A DNA stretch of 64,000 nt, taken from Camelus ferus (Eukaryota). A model generated the notes under the pieces. That model saw nothing but the letters and a program-made list of their open reading frames with translations. It had not been told where the DNA came from and searched no databases. This document shows positions 22,180-35,443 of the stretch, one piece after another. Each line of letters opens with the position of its first letter. Within the stretch, counting starts at the first letter, position 1. The stretch spans positions 47,432,001 to 47,496,000 of the forward strand of contig NC_045696.1 of assembly GCF_009834535.1 (NCBI RefSeq). Direction: 5' to 3'. The position numbers and the translations under genes are program-made.

Positions 22180-22637
22180 AGGATCTATTTTATCTTTCTC
22201 TCTGGTTCTATCCTGAGTCAACTTGAGGGCCCTTGTGATCAGTTTTCACCAATACATGTGGCAGAAATGATGCTGTATAACTTTTGATGTTAGGCCATTA
22301 GAAGCCTTGCAGCTTCTACTTTGTTTTCCCGAAGTGCTGCCCTGAAACCACCATGTGAGGAAGCCAGCCTAGCCTACTGGAGAGAGAACAAGAGGCCTCA
22401 CAGGAGAGAACTAAGGTGCCCCAGCCAACAGCCAGGACCAGCTGCCAGACAGCAGTGAAGGCATCAGGGACCCTTCGAGCCAGTCGCCTCGCCAGCTGAA
22501 TGCAGCCAAATGAGTGAGCAAGCCCAGGGGAACCCAGCAGAGGAACCAACCCCCAGAGTCATGAGAAATAATAAATTATTGTTGTTTCAGGCACCAGTTT
22601 GCAGTGAATTGATACCCAGAAATAGATCATTTAAACA
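22180..22637 (+). mobile_element. MLT1H-like MaLR LTR
   Basis: ACCAATACATGTGGCAGAAATGATG; CCACCATGTGAGGAAGCC; GCCCCAGCCAACAGCCAG; CAGCTGAATGCAGCC; GTCATGAGAAATAATAAATTATTGTTGTTT; ends ATAGATCATTTAAACA. Confidence 0.85.
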
Positions 22638-22834
22638 GAAACATGAACATTAATTTTAAAAAGGAAGTCATAGGTTGGCTATAGTTGTCAACCTAGCTTC
22701 CAAGGAGCTTGAAAATACCTTGATGTTTAAGTGGAAGCTCTACGGCAGTCGTGGGACAGTTTGTGTTTTGGAAGAGTATCTGGTGAGAAGAGAATGGTGG
22801 TCTACAAAGGTCAGCAAATAGGAGTGAGTATGTT

Positions 22835-22854
22835 GTGTGTGTGTGTGTGTGTGT
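22835..22854. repeat. (TG)n microsatellite
   Basis: TGTGTGTGTGTGTGTGTGT read directly. Confidence 0.95.
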
Positions 22855-23177
22855 CGCTTTTCTTCATTGGAAGAGCACAATTTCTCCAACACTCCTGCAG
22901 ATGGCTCAGAATGGAACGCCGGCTGGCTGTCGTCAGAGTCCTTGGATCCTCCTTCCTGTGGAAGCTTCAGGAGGGATGCTTGGCTGCATTCCTATGACCC
23001 CTTCCAAGCTTTCTTACCAGTGGGATGTCTTGGGTAGAGGAGAGGGAGGGCCCCCTACTATTTTTGAGGATAGTCTCAAAATCTTTATTTCTCGTTCAGA
23101 GAAATGAGACATTTTTCAGGAATACTGAGCAGAAGTGGTACAGAGATCTCTGTTAATTCTTTCCTCTGAAGTCTGTT

Positions 23178-23385
23178 TGGGGAAATTTCCAAGATATCTT
23201 TCCAACACTCCATCCTCTAGTGATCCACGTATCATTATAGGAAAGAAAACTTGAGGATGAAGCCTAAGAGTCCATGTCTCAGATGTCAGCCTGAGCTCAG
23301 CACCAGAGGGTTAGAAATATCAGGGCCTTTGGAGATAACTGAATTTACCCTCTGATTCAAAAGATAAGTCAGTCCAAGACTGAGA
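23178..23385 (+). repeat. Local duplication C, copy 1
   Basis: CCAAGATATCTTTC, CTAGTGATCCA, TCATTATAGGAA.GAAAACTTGAGGATGA, TGTCTCAGATGTCAGCC.GAGCTCAGC and TTCAAAAGA.AA.TCAGTC are shared with 24660-24855. Confidence 0.9.
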
Positions 23386-24659
23386 TGGTTGTTGTGGCTT
23401 ACCTCAGGCCACAAATGAGTGACCTCCAGTCACAGAGGTGGTGGGAAAGCCAAGTCTCTCTGCTCCTCTGTGTTGCACTTTGACATTGTTCCCCCTTTCT
23501 GAGCCCAAATGAAGCCTGACAGGTGGGATAAGCCATGGCCTTTGCTAATTTGATACATTTCACATTTCAGTGGGATCATTGGGTGTAATGAGGGAAGTCC
23601 AGAAAATTATGCAGCCAAGAAGTCTTATGCCATAACAGAAATAAAACCATAAGACAAAATAGCAAAGTGATTTCTTTCTCTGGCTACAAGACTGCCTGAG
23701 ACCAGCAGAGAACAAAGCTGTGCAGATTCAGTTTCACAGGTTGTGTTCTCAGCAAAGTGTTTCCAAAGCCAGATGTCTGGTGATGGATGTTGACTCTCTC
23801 CCCTCCTACTGGGCAATTGATATTTATTATAAAACTAAACAGGAGCATGTGGGGCTTGGGGAGAAGAATTCTGACAACTGCTAGTTTCCATATTCAATTT
23901 TTCGCAGTTCACCTCCCCCAAGCATAATCCTCATGGATGTCACACTCACTGACGTGCTCCTCTGCAATCAGCCTCCATTATCATCATTTTGTCTCTTCTA
24001 TGCCAAGCCCTGCCCAAGAGCTCTGAGCTATGTATGAGGCCTCAAAGCTGTGTCAGCAGATATAAGGACAATGATCTATTGTCACATATCCAAACCTGGC
24101 AGTTGTGCCCAGACATCAGAGTCTAGGAGTTAGTTCTGCTTTGACGGCCCCTCCTTCTTTGTGCTGCACTTCCTCCCTCATATTAAGAATTTCCAGCTCA
24201 GAATGAGGGAAGAATTTAACCCCCTGGCTGTTTCTGAAGCTTTCAAATGCCAACCACAACATCTGGGGTGTGTCTTCAGCACTCCCTATTGGCACAAGTC
24301 TCCGTGATGTCTGAGATTACCCTAGTCCTGACACCCTCCCATTTCTGTTGGTCCTCTGAATTCTCACTAATCTCACTCTGTTGCCAGCAAGTCAATAGTT
24401 CATGCATAAATCTGGCAAAGACCCACGATTTTTGGCAGTGGGAGATGGGGTGTTGCGGGTGCTGTCAGTCTTTATTGGCATGGAGCCCGGTCCACTTGCT
24501 CTTTGTGGGGTCTGGCCTGGAGGTCTGGTGCTAGGATTGGAGGTCTGGGCAGTATGTGGATCAAGAGCTGGAAAACCTGCTGACCTAACTGAACCCTTAC
24601 TTTTGGAGAGATTTTTATTCATATAAATCAAGGTTACACATGGCATTCAGAGCAGGAGT

Positions 24660-24855
24660 CAGGGAAGTTCCCAAGATATCTTTCTAACCTCCACCCCCTA
24701 GTGATCCATCTGTCATTATAGGAATGAAAACTTGAGGATGAGGCCCACAAGTCAGTGTCTCAGATGTCAGCCCGAGCTCAGCGTCAGGGGGTCCTTGAAG
24801 ATGATCGAATTCCACCGCTTTGTTCAAAAGACAACTCAGTCTAACACTGACACGT
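24660..24855 (+). repeat. Local duplication C, copy 2
   Basis: See copy 1; lacks a ~12-bp segment after GAGCTCAGC..CAG. Confidence 0.9.
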
Positions 24856-24929
24856 TAGCCGTTGAGCAGACCTGGGACACAGCCAGTGGTAAAAGCAAGA
24901 CTGGGAGCAAAGAAGGAAGGTCTGATAAC

Positions 24930-25080
24930 ATAATTGAGACAAATTTTGGCTAAAGAGCTTGGCCTGCAATAATATTTTGAAAAACATTAAGTTAGTTCAC
25001 ATTTAACCCTAGGTTGTTTCACATTCAAATCCAGATTTCCATTTCCTCTGGAAGCACCTTGTAGGTCTGCAGCGCAGGTG
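24930..25080. mobile_element. MER102-like hAT fragment
   Basis: TTTCACATTCAAATCCAGATTTCCATTTCCTCTGGAA resembles the MER102 core. Confidence 0.5.
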
Positions 25081-27872
25081 AGGGAAGACAACCCCCCTGG
25101 AGTTTTCTCTCCAACCACTTAACTCATCCCAGAGGAAAGTATTCACTTCAGGTTTGATTCACAGAATTACCTACATATTCACCATCTGTTAAGGGTTAGG
25201 ATGAAAAAGTGGAAAGGAATCTCCCCTGTGGAAGTGGCATTTATGGGACCTGAAGATGAGCAGAACTTAGCTTGTGGTGGGAAGTTAAGTGCAGAGGCCC
25301 AGAGCAGGAAGCAGCCCCTCCCAAGAAGAGGCTTCCAAACTGATACAGGCCAAGCTGGGGTTAGAGGGGAACCTCACTCAGATGTAACTCAACTGGTTAG
25401 GAAACCATTAGCTGGAACTGTATTTTGCATGCCAACGCAAAGGGACTATTTGGTTCTTTCTGAACTCTCAGGAAAGCTACAGGACCCGCTTGAGATTTCC
25501 CCCTGAAATGGAGAAAGTAGGCACAGAAATGAGGGTTTGAAAGTCCACTGGAGAGAGAACAGAACTGCATAATGATTTTATCCTCTCATGTCCTGCTCAT
25601 TCACTGAAAGAATTAGGAAAGATTGTTACTGATCTGCATTTAGGAAGCATTCTCTGGGCACCACTTTGAGAATGGCTTAGAAGGCAGCAAGGGAGATGCT
25701 TAGGAGAGTCAGTAACCTTGGGGAAAGATGATGAAGTCTGGAGGAGGGTGGCAGAAGGTGGGCTGAAAAGAAGCACAGACATCTGCGGTATAAAAATAAA
25801 TACATCATAACAAAAACTGCTTACGAACTTAGCAGTACTTTTAAGAGTTAAGGATTCTATCAGCATCCATACACATTTGAAAAATAATAAAATGCTTTGT
25901 GGGACTTTGAGTCCTCTGAGCTGCAGCTGCCCATAGGGGATGAAACTCACCAGGATCTTATTAGAGGAAAGAGCCGAGGAAAAGAAGTAGGAAGGCGGCC
26001 AGGAGCCAGGGGTCTGTGACTTGCAATGCAGCTCGGCCCCAGGTGAAGGACAGAGGGAGAGGGGTGGGCGACAGCACCCTCAAATGCAGGGCATGTGTCA
26101 AGAGTCTTTGAACCGAAGTTGGCGCACTGGGGAGGCTGGGTCTACCAGGACGGGGTCTGCCTTAGTCTCCTCACTGCGTTCATTCTGCCAGGAGGAGCCC
26201 ATGGGAAGATCAGTCTGAGCCCCAGGCACGGATGAATTTCCAAATTAGCCAATGGGGTTCTCCCTTTGCCCCTCTCCTTGGAGGAGGAGGTCTGTGAGGG
26301 CATTCTCGGGGCTGCCACACACTTAAATAGGTGTGTTTTATTCATTCAGGCTCCAGGGAGACTCTGAGGTTCTTGGGGAACTGAAGATCTCTGCAGTAAC
26401 TGACGTCTCTCATAACTTGCTGTAACTCAGGGGACTCAGAGGTGGGAGATACCCAAGCTAAGTAGGTACATCTCATTGTTTCTCACACTTGTCTTTTCCA
26501 GCTTTCTATTCACCTAACATCTCTATACATTCTCCTCTTGTCCTATAAAGCCCTCTCACTTCCAGCATATCACATTCACAAAAACATCCTCTTTGTGTGA
26601 AAAAAACTTTTTCCTGATCTTCCATTCTCCGACATGATTTCTGACTGTTTTCCTCCCACCCCAGCCCTTCCTCTCTGCCTCATCAGTTTCCGGGATTGTG
26701 TCTCTCCATCTCTCTCTCTCTGGCTGCTGAAACTGTTGGATAATGTTAAAAAAAAAAAAAATAAATAAAAAATCTGCTCTTTCATCTACTAATATATTGA
26801 AGCTGAGTAACTTCTACTGAGCTTCCTGAGGCTCTTTAGTTGCTTCCTGATGATAAGTTACAGCATGCCCCTCAAGACTGCCCCACGTCCCCTGCACTCT
26901 GCTTGAATCTCAAATTGACCTTTGATTGCATCTCTGAACATGACATCACTCCCTACTCTCCTGGCTGTGAGACGGGGGATCTTCCTTCCTTCATCACTGT
27001 AATGGGGAAATAATGGTTCAAGAAGCTGTGATGAGGATTAAATGGGCCATGTGTGCAAAATTATCATGGATGTTTGTTAGTATTACGTCTGTTAATAAAT
27101 TACATTATTGCATTATTATCCTCTTCTGAATCACATTTCAATAAGCCGGGCATTCGTTAATAAGCTGTTGGGCCTGAATGGGATTATTTTGAAGATGGAG
27201 AAACAAACTCTTTGCATTGTCAAGGCGGTTAGTTTGGTTTGAAAGATGAAGCCTCAACGTGTTATCTCATTCTAGTATGTCTCTAGGGCTGCGATAACTC
27301 ATAAATCACACCCAAACCCAGACCGAAATAATAACCTCATACCCAAACACATCCTTCCCTTCCAGAAATTATTGCTAAAATGAAATGTTCCTGATCTTTA
27401 CATTCATGTCGTGTAAACAGCGGGAGAGTCTAGTCACCTATTTAACTTTCCCCATGCTCGCATATTGTTTACTTTGGGCTTTTAAAAAAAAACAAACTTC
27501 ATTAGTCAGTGTTGGAAAGGATATCCATTAAGCTGATTCCTGCTTTGGTTTTTCTACTGCTGTCCTAGTCACCTTAAAAATCAGCTTTTTAAGCACAAGA
27601 CTCTCTAATTAAAACCAGACTTCCCTCATTTGGCCTGTTCTCACCTGCTTCTCTCAGACAAGTTTTTGTTATATTTAGAGATTTCTCATTGTTGTAAGGA
27701 AAAGACAGCAGATGCATCCTGGGGAGGGAAAACACCAAGAAGTTCATTCACTCTCCTTTTCAGTCTGCTTCCTGGGTCTGAATTTGAGTTTTAAATTCGG
27801 GCTCACATGTTCCGTTCCCCTCGAGGTCCTGGCTCTGTGCTCAGGTATCATGTGTTTCTGGTGATGGACACC

Positions 27873-28239
27873 TTTATTAGTTTGCTCAGCTGCCTTAACA
27901 AAGTCCTCAAACACCAAAATGATTTCCTCACAGTTGTTGAGGCCAGACGTCTGTGATGAAGGAGGCGAAGAGGTGTTTCTTCCAAGGTTTCTCTCCACGG
28001 CTTGTGGATGTCCTCTCCTCCTCCTGTCTTCACGCGCTCTTCCCTCTGTCCCTGTCTGTGCCGCAATCCTTTCTTCTTATAAGGACACCAGGCATATTGG
28101 CTTAGGGCCCCCTATAAAATCTAATTTTACCTTAATTTTCTCTTTCAAGGCCTATCCCCAAATACAGTCACATCTGTGGTACTGGGGGTTGGGACTTCAA
28201 GAAACGCATTTTGAGGGGACAGTTCAGCCCATGATAACA
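27873..28239 (-). mobile_element. MLT1B/C-like MaLR LTR
   Basis: TATTAGTTTGCTCAGCTGCC.TAACAAAG; TCTTCTTATAAGGACACCAG.CATATTGG.TTAGGGCCC; AAATACAGTCACATCTGTGGTACTGGGGGTT; TTCAGCCCA. Confidence 0.9.
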
Positions 28240-28968
28240 CTATCAGGGGAAAGCAGGAGGAAATGTGTTTTTATTAAAAATTAATAGTTGCTATTGATCA
28301 TATGGGACATTTGGGCAAGCAACTCGATGAGTAACCTTTTGAATGAAGCCTCTTTTTTCATAATGCGTTGTGATGAAAGTTTAATGAGATGCTTTAATAA
28401 GAATATATAAGGTTTGTTTTGAAAACAGCAGACAAGATGGATCTCCAGAGGGGGACAACATTGCTTGGGGTGGAAAAATAAATTAGAAGAATGTTTTATG
28501 TGTTGACATAAGCATCCTTTCACAGCTAGGTCAAATCTTAGAAGCTAAAATAATGAACTATTTATGCTGAATAAGTAGTGTTCTTTAAATTTCAACCAGG
28601 GTGGCACTTGTACAGGGAGACAGGTGCTGACAAGGAGGTGGGGGGTTAGGGAACCCTCTCCTGCAAGCAGCAACCTCAGAAACTGAAAAGGATTCCAGGT
28701 TAGTTTCAAGTGATCTCTCTTCCCTTCATCTATGGGACTGATTTTTCTGACTGCTTTAAAGGAGTAAACATTAGCAAGACATCTGAATGTCAAGTAGAGT
28801 GCCTCCTCTGCCTCCTCTCCTACAAAAAATATTTTGGTATCTCTTTTCCTGACTGGGATATCACCATTTTTGTATCTCTCATTTAGCCAAACACCACACA
28901 GTCCTCCTAAAGATTATTATTAAAACATTTAATTCATAAAATCACAGTATCTTAAAAAAAGGAAGGAC

Positions 28969-29100
28969 GGAGGGAAGTTAATAGCTCAGTGGTAGAGCAT
29001 GTGTTTAGCATGCACAAGGTCCTGGGTTTATTCCCCAGTACCTCCGTTAAAAAATAAATGAAGATAAAATAAATAAATAGGCCTAATTACCTCCACATCA
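28969..29100 (+). mobile_element. tRNA-derived camelid SINE (Vic-1-like)
   Basis: ATAGCTCAGTGGTAGAGCATGTGTTTAGCATGCACAAGGTCCTGGGTTTATTCCCCAGTACCTCC, an (AAAT)-rich tract and CCTAATTACCTCC; homologous to 12854-13005. Confidence 0.9.
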
Positions 29101-29500
29101 AAGCTTTAGGCCAACCCTCTCCTTGATTTAAAATCATTCACAAGTAAAGCTTTTAGACCAGCTCGAGCTCCCTCAGCACCTGTCACAATTACTATTGTGT
29201 TTGTACTACAACTTGTTCTAGAAAATGCTGATCTGGTCACATTGCCCTTTATAAACCTAAAAAGCTTCTTTAACACTCATCATAATAAAGATGATGTTTT
29301 GTTACTTATGTTAAATAGGTATTATTTGCATATTATGCAATTGTATTTAAAAGAGTCACATTAAGATGGGTTTGCAGCATCCTCAGAAGATAATTGTCAC
29401 ATATTTAACTAAATAGAACACACAATTCTTGCACTGTTCCTATAAAAATCTTTTCTTCATTCAAAACTATGTCTGGTTACTGTTTAATATTGCATTTATT

Positions 29501-29575
29501 GCAGCACTATTCAGTAGACCTTTCTGTGATGATGAAAATGTCCTGTAATATCTGTACTGTTTAATACATAATAAC
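29501..29575. mobile_element. MER3-like hAT fragment
   Basis: CAGCACTATTCAGTAGACCTTTCTGTGATGATGAAAATGTCCTG...TCTGTACTGT. Confidence 0.7.
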
Positions 29576-29605
29576 AAATTCAGAGAAGTGGGCCAGCCTT
29601 GAATG

Positions 29606-29810
29606 TCTCATTCATTCATTCATTCGTGAAACATTTGCTGAGAGCCTAGTTTGTCTAGGTCAGCAACATATAGCCCTTATCTTTAAGGAACATGTGAGCT
29701 GATAACTCACCAGACAATTGGAAAACCAGACAGTAGTTGGTTACAGGATGCTCAGGAAGGACACTGAGAGACACCTAACCCAGCTAGGTGAGAGGGGCTG
29801 GGGATTTACA
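29606..29810 (-). mobile_element. L2 3' end fragment
   Basis: (CATT)n then AACATTTGCTGAGAGCCTA.TTTGT.TAGG. Confidence 0.65.
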
Positions 29811-30619
29811 ACTTAGAGCATGTTTTGCACTTCAGTGAATTATTCACAGTAGACATGGCCTCATCCCTGTTTTTAAAATGAAGAAACAGTTTGAAAGGGT
29901 TTTGAGATTTACCCAAGCCTGTATGAAATCTACTCAACCAGATAGATTTAGTTGCAAAATTCACATGCTTTCTGCAAATGCCAATCAACATTTCTTCAGA
30001 CAAGCTTTTCAAAATCACCCAACTTCTGCATGTTGTTATAAAAATAAAGAAGGGATTTTCAAGTGAGATAAGAACAGGGAGGTGACTACTGCAGAGTTCT
30101 ACATTAAATTAGATCCACAGATGATTGGGTTGTTAATGGTATATGCATAGGCAAATTATAGTTGATTAAATTTTGTTCGTGGTTATTCTATCAAAAAATA
30201 GCAGACATTATGAACTTGGTTAGAAAGCAGTACTTTACCTTAAATAACATATTCACTTGGATTCCTCCTAAACGTCTATCCCTTCGTACTTATACTACTG
30301 AGAAGTAAGTGAATTTGTAGGGCTCAATTCTTGAGTTTTGCAAAGCTATATGATGAGAGAATTGATTAAAACAGATATCTTTCTTCAGTGAGTTCCTAGA
30401 AACAGAGGGAAATTAAGCAAGAATCTAAAGGTAAATAGAAACCTCAGATAGTGAAAACTATCTTTGAATGGCAGAAATCAAGCTTCTAAGAAAGGAAGGT
30501 GGGAGGAAAAAGTATAGAACAAGAACAAACATTTTTATTTTTGGCAGCTGTAATGTTCAGAAAAGGAAGAGGAGAGGCAGAGAAAGTTTGTTTCATCATC
30601 GGTGGGGCCACCAACACAG

Positions 30620-31330
30620 TACTATGACTGTCTAAGAATACTGGCTACCTTTATTGTTATCTTTCAAGTTCCGGTAGATGGTTTTCACTTGAGGTTGCTC
30701 AAGCAGTTGTGGCCAGATGTTGGCATCTGAAGGCTCAGCAGGGCTAGGTGGTCAAGAGGGCTCTCACTCACATTGCTTGATGTTGGCTGCGAGCTTAAAT
30801 AGGGCTGTTAATTATGGTAGCACGTGTTCATCTTCAGGAGCTTGGGCTTCCTTCCGTATGGTGGCTGGTTTTATAAGAAGGGCTTCCACGAGAGCAAGTA
30901 TTCTAAGAGACCCAGGAGGAAGCTGCAAGGCTTCTTATGGCCTGGTCTTGAAAATGCCTGACATCACTTCTACCACCGTGTTCTGTTAGTCAAGTAAGTT
31001 ACTAAGGCCAAACCAGATTCAAGCAGAGGGAAACTGATGGGGAGTGACAAGGTCACATTACATGACTGGACAGAGCAAGCAAGAGGTGGCTAGTAAGAAG
31101 GCAGATCTCATTACATCCATCTTTGGAAAATACCTTTTGTCACAGACTTCTATCCGGACATGACAATTCGCATCCCTCTCACATGCAACTTATAATTACC
31201 CCCAAAGTCTCATCAGCCCCAAATTCAGATCTTGTCATTGAGACCAAGTGCAGGAGAGGAAAGATTCCTCAGCTCTGTGTCCAGTTCTTGAAGTACAACT
31301 CCCTGGGAACTGTTCTTCTTTTGCCCTAGT
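30620..31330 (-). mobile_element. MLT1H-like LTR (~30620-31143) with adjoining MLT1 internal sequence (~31144-31330)
   Basis: CATCTGAAGGCTCA; ATGGTGGCTGG; GGAAGCTGCAAGGCTTCTTATG; ACATCACTTCTACCAC; CCATCTTTGGAAAATAC..TGTCACA; then the MLT-int motif CCCTCTCACATGCAA...CCCAAAGTCTCATC. Confidence 0.8.
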
Positions 31331-31899
31331 TGAATTAAATAACACTTCTCCTCAGCTTATATAATTCAACCAAAATGATAAAGTGGCTTTTTTATTTATG
31401 AACAAAGATACAGTGTAACCAACTACCTTCCCTTCTGTTTTCCTACCTCCAGTCCATGGTCGAATGGTCTCACTGAAGGAACAATCTTTCCTGGGGAAGA
31501 ACATGTATCTCACTGGGCATCCAGGAAGTGTTCATGGTTTACCCTGGATAACAGATCAACTCTACAGAGCCTCACATCTCCTAACTTTCGAAGAGCTGGA
31601 CAAGTGAGTTTGGGTTTCAAAGAAGTATCCAAAAAGAAGTGAATGTCACATTAACTGTTTTGGCTTTGGCATGTGTCCAGGATTCAGAACTTTCACAGAT
31701 TTACTTTCTTCTGCTATTTCCCAAGTTCCTACACACCAAAAATATGTCTTCCTGATCACTACCCTTCCAGGCTGCAATATCAAAGGTTAGGATCATCTCT
31801 CATTGTCTTATTCCTTCTCAAGGTCCAGGCAGAAGACTGGGGTCCAATTATCATAGACTCAACTATTTTACTTAATTTAATGCAAGTACTTTAATGAAT

Positions 31900-32210
31900 T
31901 AGGATAAGTGGAATTTTAAGCCAAAAATACTAGACCAGACAAAGATGACTAATTTTATTTATATTTATAAAAATGTAATCAATCAAAAGATAAAATAGCA
32001 ATGAAAGTTTAGATACTGATAAACATGGCATAAAATACATGAAATTTTAAAATTAATAGAAATAAAAGGAAAATTGAGAAAAATACTTAACAGTAGAAGA
32101 CACTCCTTTATTAGAGGTTGACATTTCAAATGATAAAATAATAATAAGGATATCAAGGATTTGAAAAATAGTTAAGCCAATTGACTTAACAGACACATGT
32201 ATAGAATTTA
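31900..32210 (+). mobile_element. Old L1 ORF2 endonuclease-region fragment
   Basis: AAAATACATGAA...ATAGAAATAAAAGGAAAAATTGA; ATAAGGATATCAAGGATTTGAA; AATTGACTTAACAGACACATGTATAGAA. Confidence 0.65.
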
Positions 32211-34299
32211 GATGACATGCTCTTTGACATCCCTTGTCTCTAAGTCATACTTTCCCATTTGTTTGGAAAGCCTCTTCCTGCTTCTCCATTTACTCATTTA
32301 AGTCCTTTCTCAAAGGCCAGTTTCTCTTCTTGTCACCAGGATTAAGCATAGCGTCTTACAAATGCCTCTGTCCTAACACTTCTTTCATTGAGATTTCTAG
32401 TATGACTCATTATTTTCATATCTGGTTTCTGGTAGGTTACAAAGTCTGCAGTAATCTTCTCACCTCTGTATCCCCAGTGCTTAGCACAATACATGGGGGC
32501 TGTGTTGAAAGAAGAAGTAGTAATGCAATGCAGGTAAGCACAATTTATCAATATACAGTGAGAGCAGCAAGAGGAACATTCTCTCCCATCTGTGAAAGCT
32601 CATTACCAGAGGTGAAGCACAGCTGGGGAGAAGCCGTCTGCTTAGGGGCCAGCCCTTTGAGGCCATAAGCAGCCCATTACACTAAGATGATTTAATTGCC
32701 TCTCAAAATAGTACACTTACCTAAAGTGCTCTATCATTCCCCATCTGTGAGGGAAATTGCATCGGAGAGCAAAGTTAAAAGCAACTGAATGGAGAATGTA
32801 GCAGGTTGAAGGTATTTTAAGATTGGGGTTGACAAGGGGAGGGTAAATTTAGGCCCAACCACAAAGCAAAGTGCTATCCCCCTCCTGACTGAAACAGCAT
32901 CTAGACAAGCCACTCAGGTCTGCAGACACAGATGCCCCGCTGTGTGCACCCGTGTGGTTTGAGGTGTGCTGCACACAGCCTTTCCCAGGAGCCGTTCTGT
33001 GCAGCTGAGAATGAACTGGCCCATCGCCACCCCTCCCCCTGAGGAAATGCGGCAGAGGGTGGCCTGTCTCTGCATGTACTAGGCTCAGAGTCTGCCCTCC
33101 AACAGAGCCCTGGGAGGCTGGAGTGGGCTTGGGGAGATGTCTCCTGAACCCTTTGCCAGTCACAACCAGCTTCCCGGTTTTGGAAAAGCTTCTGAGAAGC
33201 AACTTGTTACTCTGAGCAGGAGGGGAGACACTTTTATGCTTAAGCTGCTCTGTGTCTTACTCAGCTCCCGGTGTGGGCACCCCACTTACCTGCTGATCTG
33301 CCTACTTTATCATAGTGGTGACAGATGGCAATTTTCATGAAGATTTTTACCAAGAAGCTGATGCAAAACAAAGGGAAACTGAACAGGGTGGCATGATAGC
33401 AAAAGCAGATGACTAGAAATGTAAATTAATTGATACATTTCAGTAGTATTTCTGGAGGGCCCACTTGAGATGAACTCTTCCTAAGGCTCTTTGGGAAGGC
33501 TTTTCAGAAGCCTAATAGAACCACTTAATTGAACAGTAAGGAGTTTGGTGGTTTGGTATAATTAGAGGGGAACCAACTGTGAAGAATCAGGCCATAGCGA
33601 AATCATTGCCTCGGGAAGAGTTTTTTTGTTATTGTTGTTATTTTCCATTCTTTTTTGTTGTGATTCTTCTGTTAAAAAGCCCTGAGGTGACATCCAGTGT
33701 AAATTCAGTCCTGGATCCCACATTGTCTGGTTTTGACAGCTAAAAGGTAATTTAAATGATTGGCAATTTAATCAGTCTCTTTGTGTAAGGAAAGTCTAAA
33801 TAGAGGAAAGTTGATTTTAAAGCGAAGCAATCATCTTCAAAAATCCTCTTTCACCATCACCCTCCTCTCTATATCCTCCACCCAAAATGTGTCTGCTCCC
33901 CTCCGTTCTTTCTTTCCCATGTTCAGCTCTCCCTTGGAGCTTCCCCAGATGCACACAACCTTAGTTTTACTGTAGTTCTATATTAAAGCAGTGCTAAATT
34001 CTCTGTCTTTCTTAGTGTTCCCTCCCCATTATTCATTTCTTAGAACCAAGTTGTGCCCAGGAGGTGACTCAAAATGCAAAAAAAAAAAAAAAAAAAACAC
34101 CCCAAAAAAACCAAAAACCAAAAACCCAAACTTTGGAATTCTTGAGAAAGTGTGAAAGTTGAGTGTTCATGAATTAATCACTTGGTCATTAGTACAATTT
34201 CTATTTTTTGAAACTAAAAAAAGAAAAGAAGACAAGAAATCGTGTTGAGGAGTCACACCATGAAATGCACAATCAAGCAGGAGAATACAATCCCCTGAT

Positions 34300-35250
34300 G
34301 TTTTTCCTTAAGCTCAGTTTTGGGACTGCTTTGGAAAGTGGACCTCATGTAAGAGGAGAAAATCTGATGAAGCAGTGTGCTGGAGGTAAGGCTAGATCTG
34401 AACTAGTTGCTGAGAGGTAGAGGTTAACTTCATTCTTTATTGTGGAGTTGGATGAAAATACAGACATCAATGATTTGGTCACTTTATTATTTTTACTACA
34501 TTTATACCAGCAACATCTGAATTCAGGTTAATTATAATGTACTTGATGGTAAAATAACTGATGAAGTTTTTAGCAAGAATTTTATTGAGCATGTTATTCA
34601 ATGGAACATATGTACAGATGTGGGGAAAATTGGTGCCAAATCTACAAGGAACAAGACTCCCAAAGTGGATGCTCGTGTGACCACTAAGCTCTCTGAATAC
34701 AGCAGCGAGACACTTTGCCTCAAAGTCTGCCTTTGTGTGTTCAAGAAAGGGATAAAAATAAATTTAAAAGAGTTACATATGACTTTTTTTTTTTTAAATG
34801 TATTTTGCTGCAAAGTAATACATTTTCTCAGCCAGGGTAAGTTACTGGTCAGTTTTCAAACCGAGACTTGAATTGCTATTTTTTCATTCATTAATAAAAG
34901 AAAAAGCCGCCATGGCAAAGGGTAAAACTGGGAAAGGCATATGAATTTGTTTCCCATTTTAAGGATAAATAGACACTCATAAATTTAGCTTATTCAGCAG
35001 ATAATTTTTCAAGGCTGAACCTTCAACACATAATTTCAGGAATGAACTATGAATATTTATCAGCACAGGACAAAATAAGTGCAAACAAGGAAACATTTAA
35101 GAGTTAGGTAAGAGTTTTGATAATAGAGAAATAAATCACTTAGAACTCATTTCATTTACAGGACTGAGTAAAAAAATAGATACTACCATTAATCATCTTT
35201 CTTGGCTGAAAAAAAAATCTGTTGAAAATTACTTCTTTGAAGAATTAAAA
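34300..35250 (+). mobile_element. Fossil hAT (Charlie/Buster-type) transposase coding relic
   Basis: Ordered degenerate motifs: PHVRGENLMKQCA (34343), FFIVELDENTDINDLVTLL (~34433), WNICTD (34602-34619), FLSQGKLL (~34823), LAYSADNFSRLN (34985); interrupted by stops and frameshifts. Confidence 0.85.
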
Positions 35251-35443
35251 GAGAATGATCAATGTATCAGCAACGAGTATAGTGTCAGCCAATCATCCAA
35301 CACTGGCAAATTGACTTAGTGGAAATTTACACGTCCAAATTTCTGTTAACAGTTGCCTGAAAACTTGGTTCTTTAGAATCCTGGGCATCTCAGCATAGTC
35401 ATTTTCCTGATCTTGTTTCCAAGCAGTGAAGTAAATACTGTCA

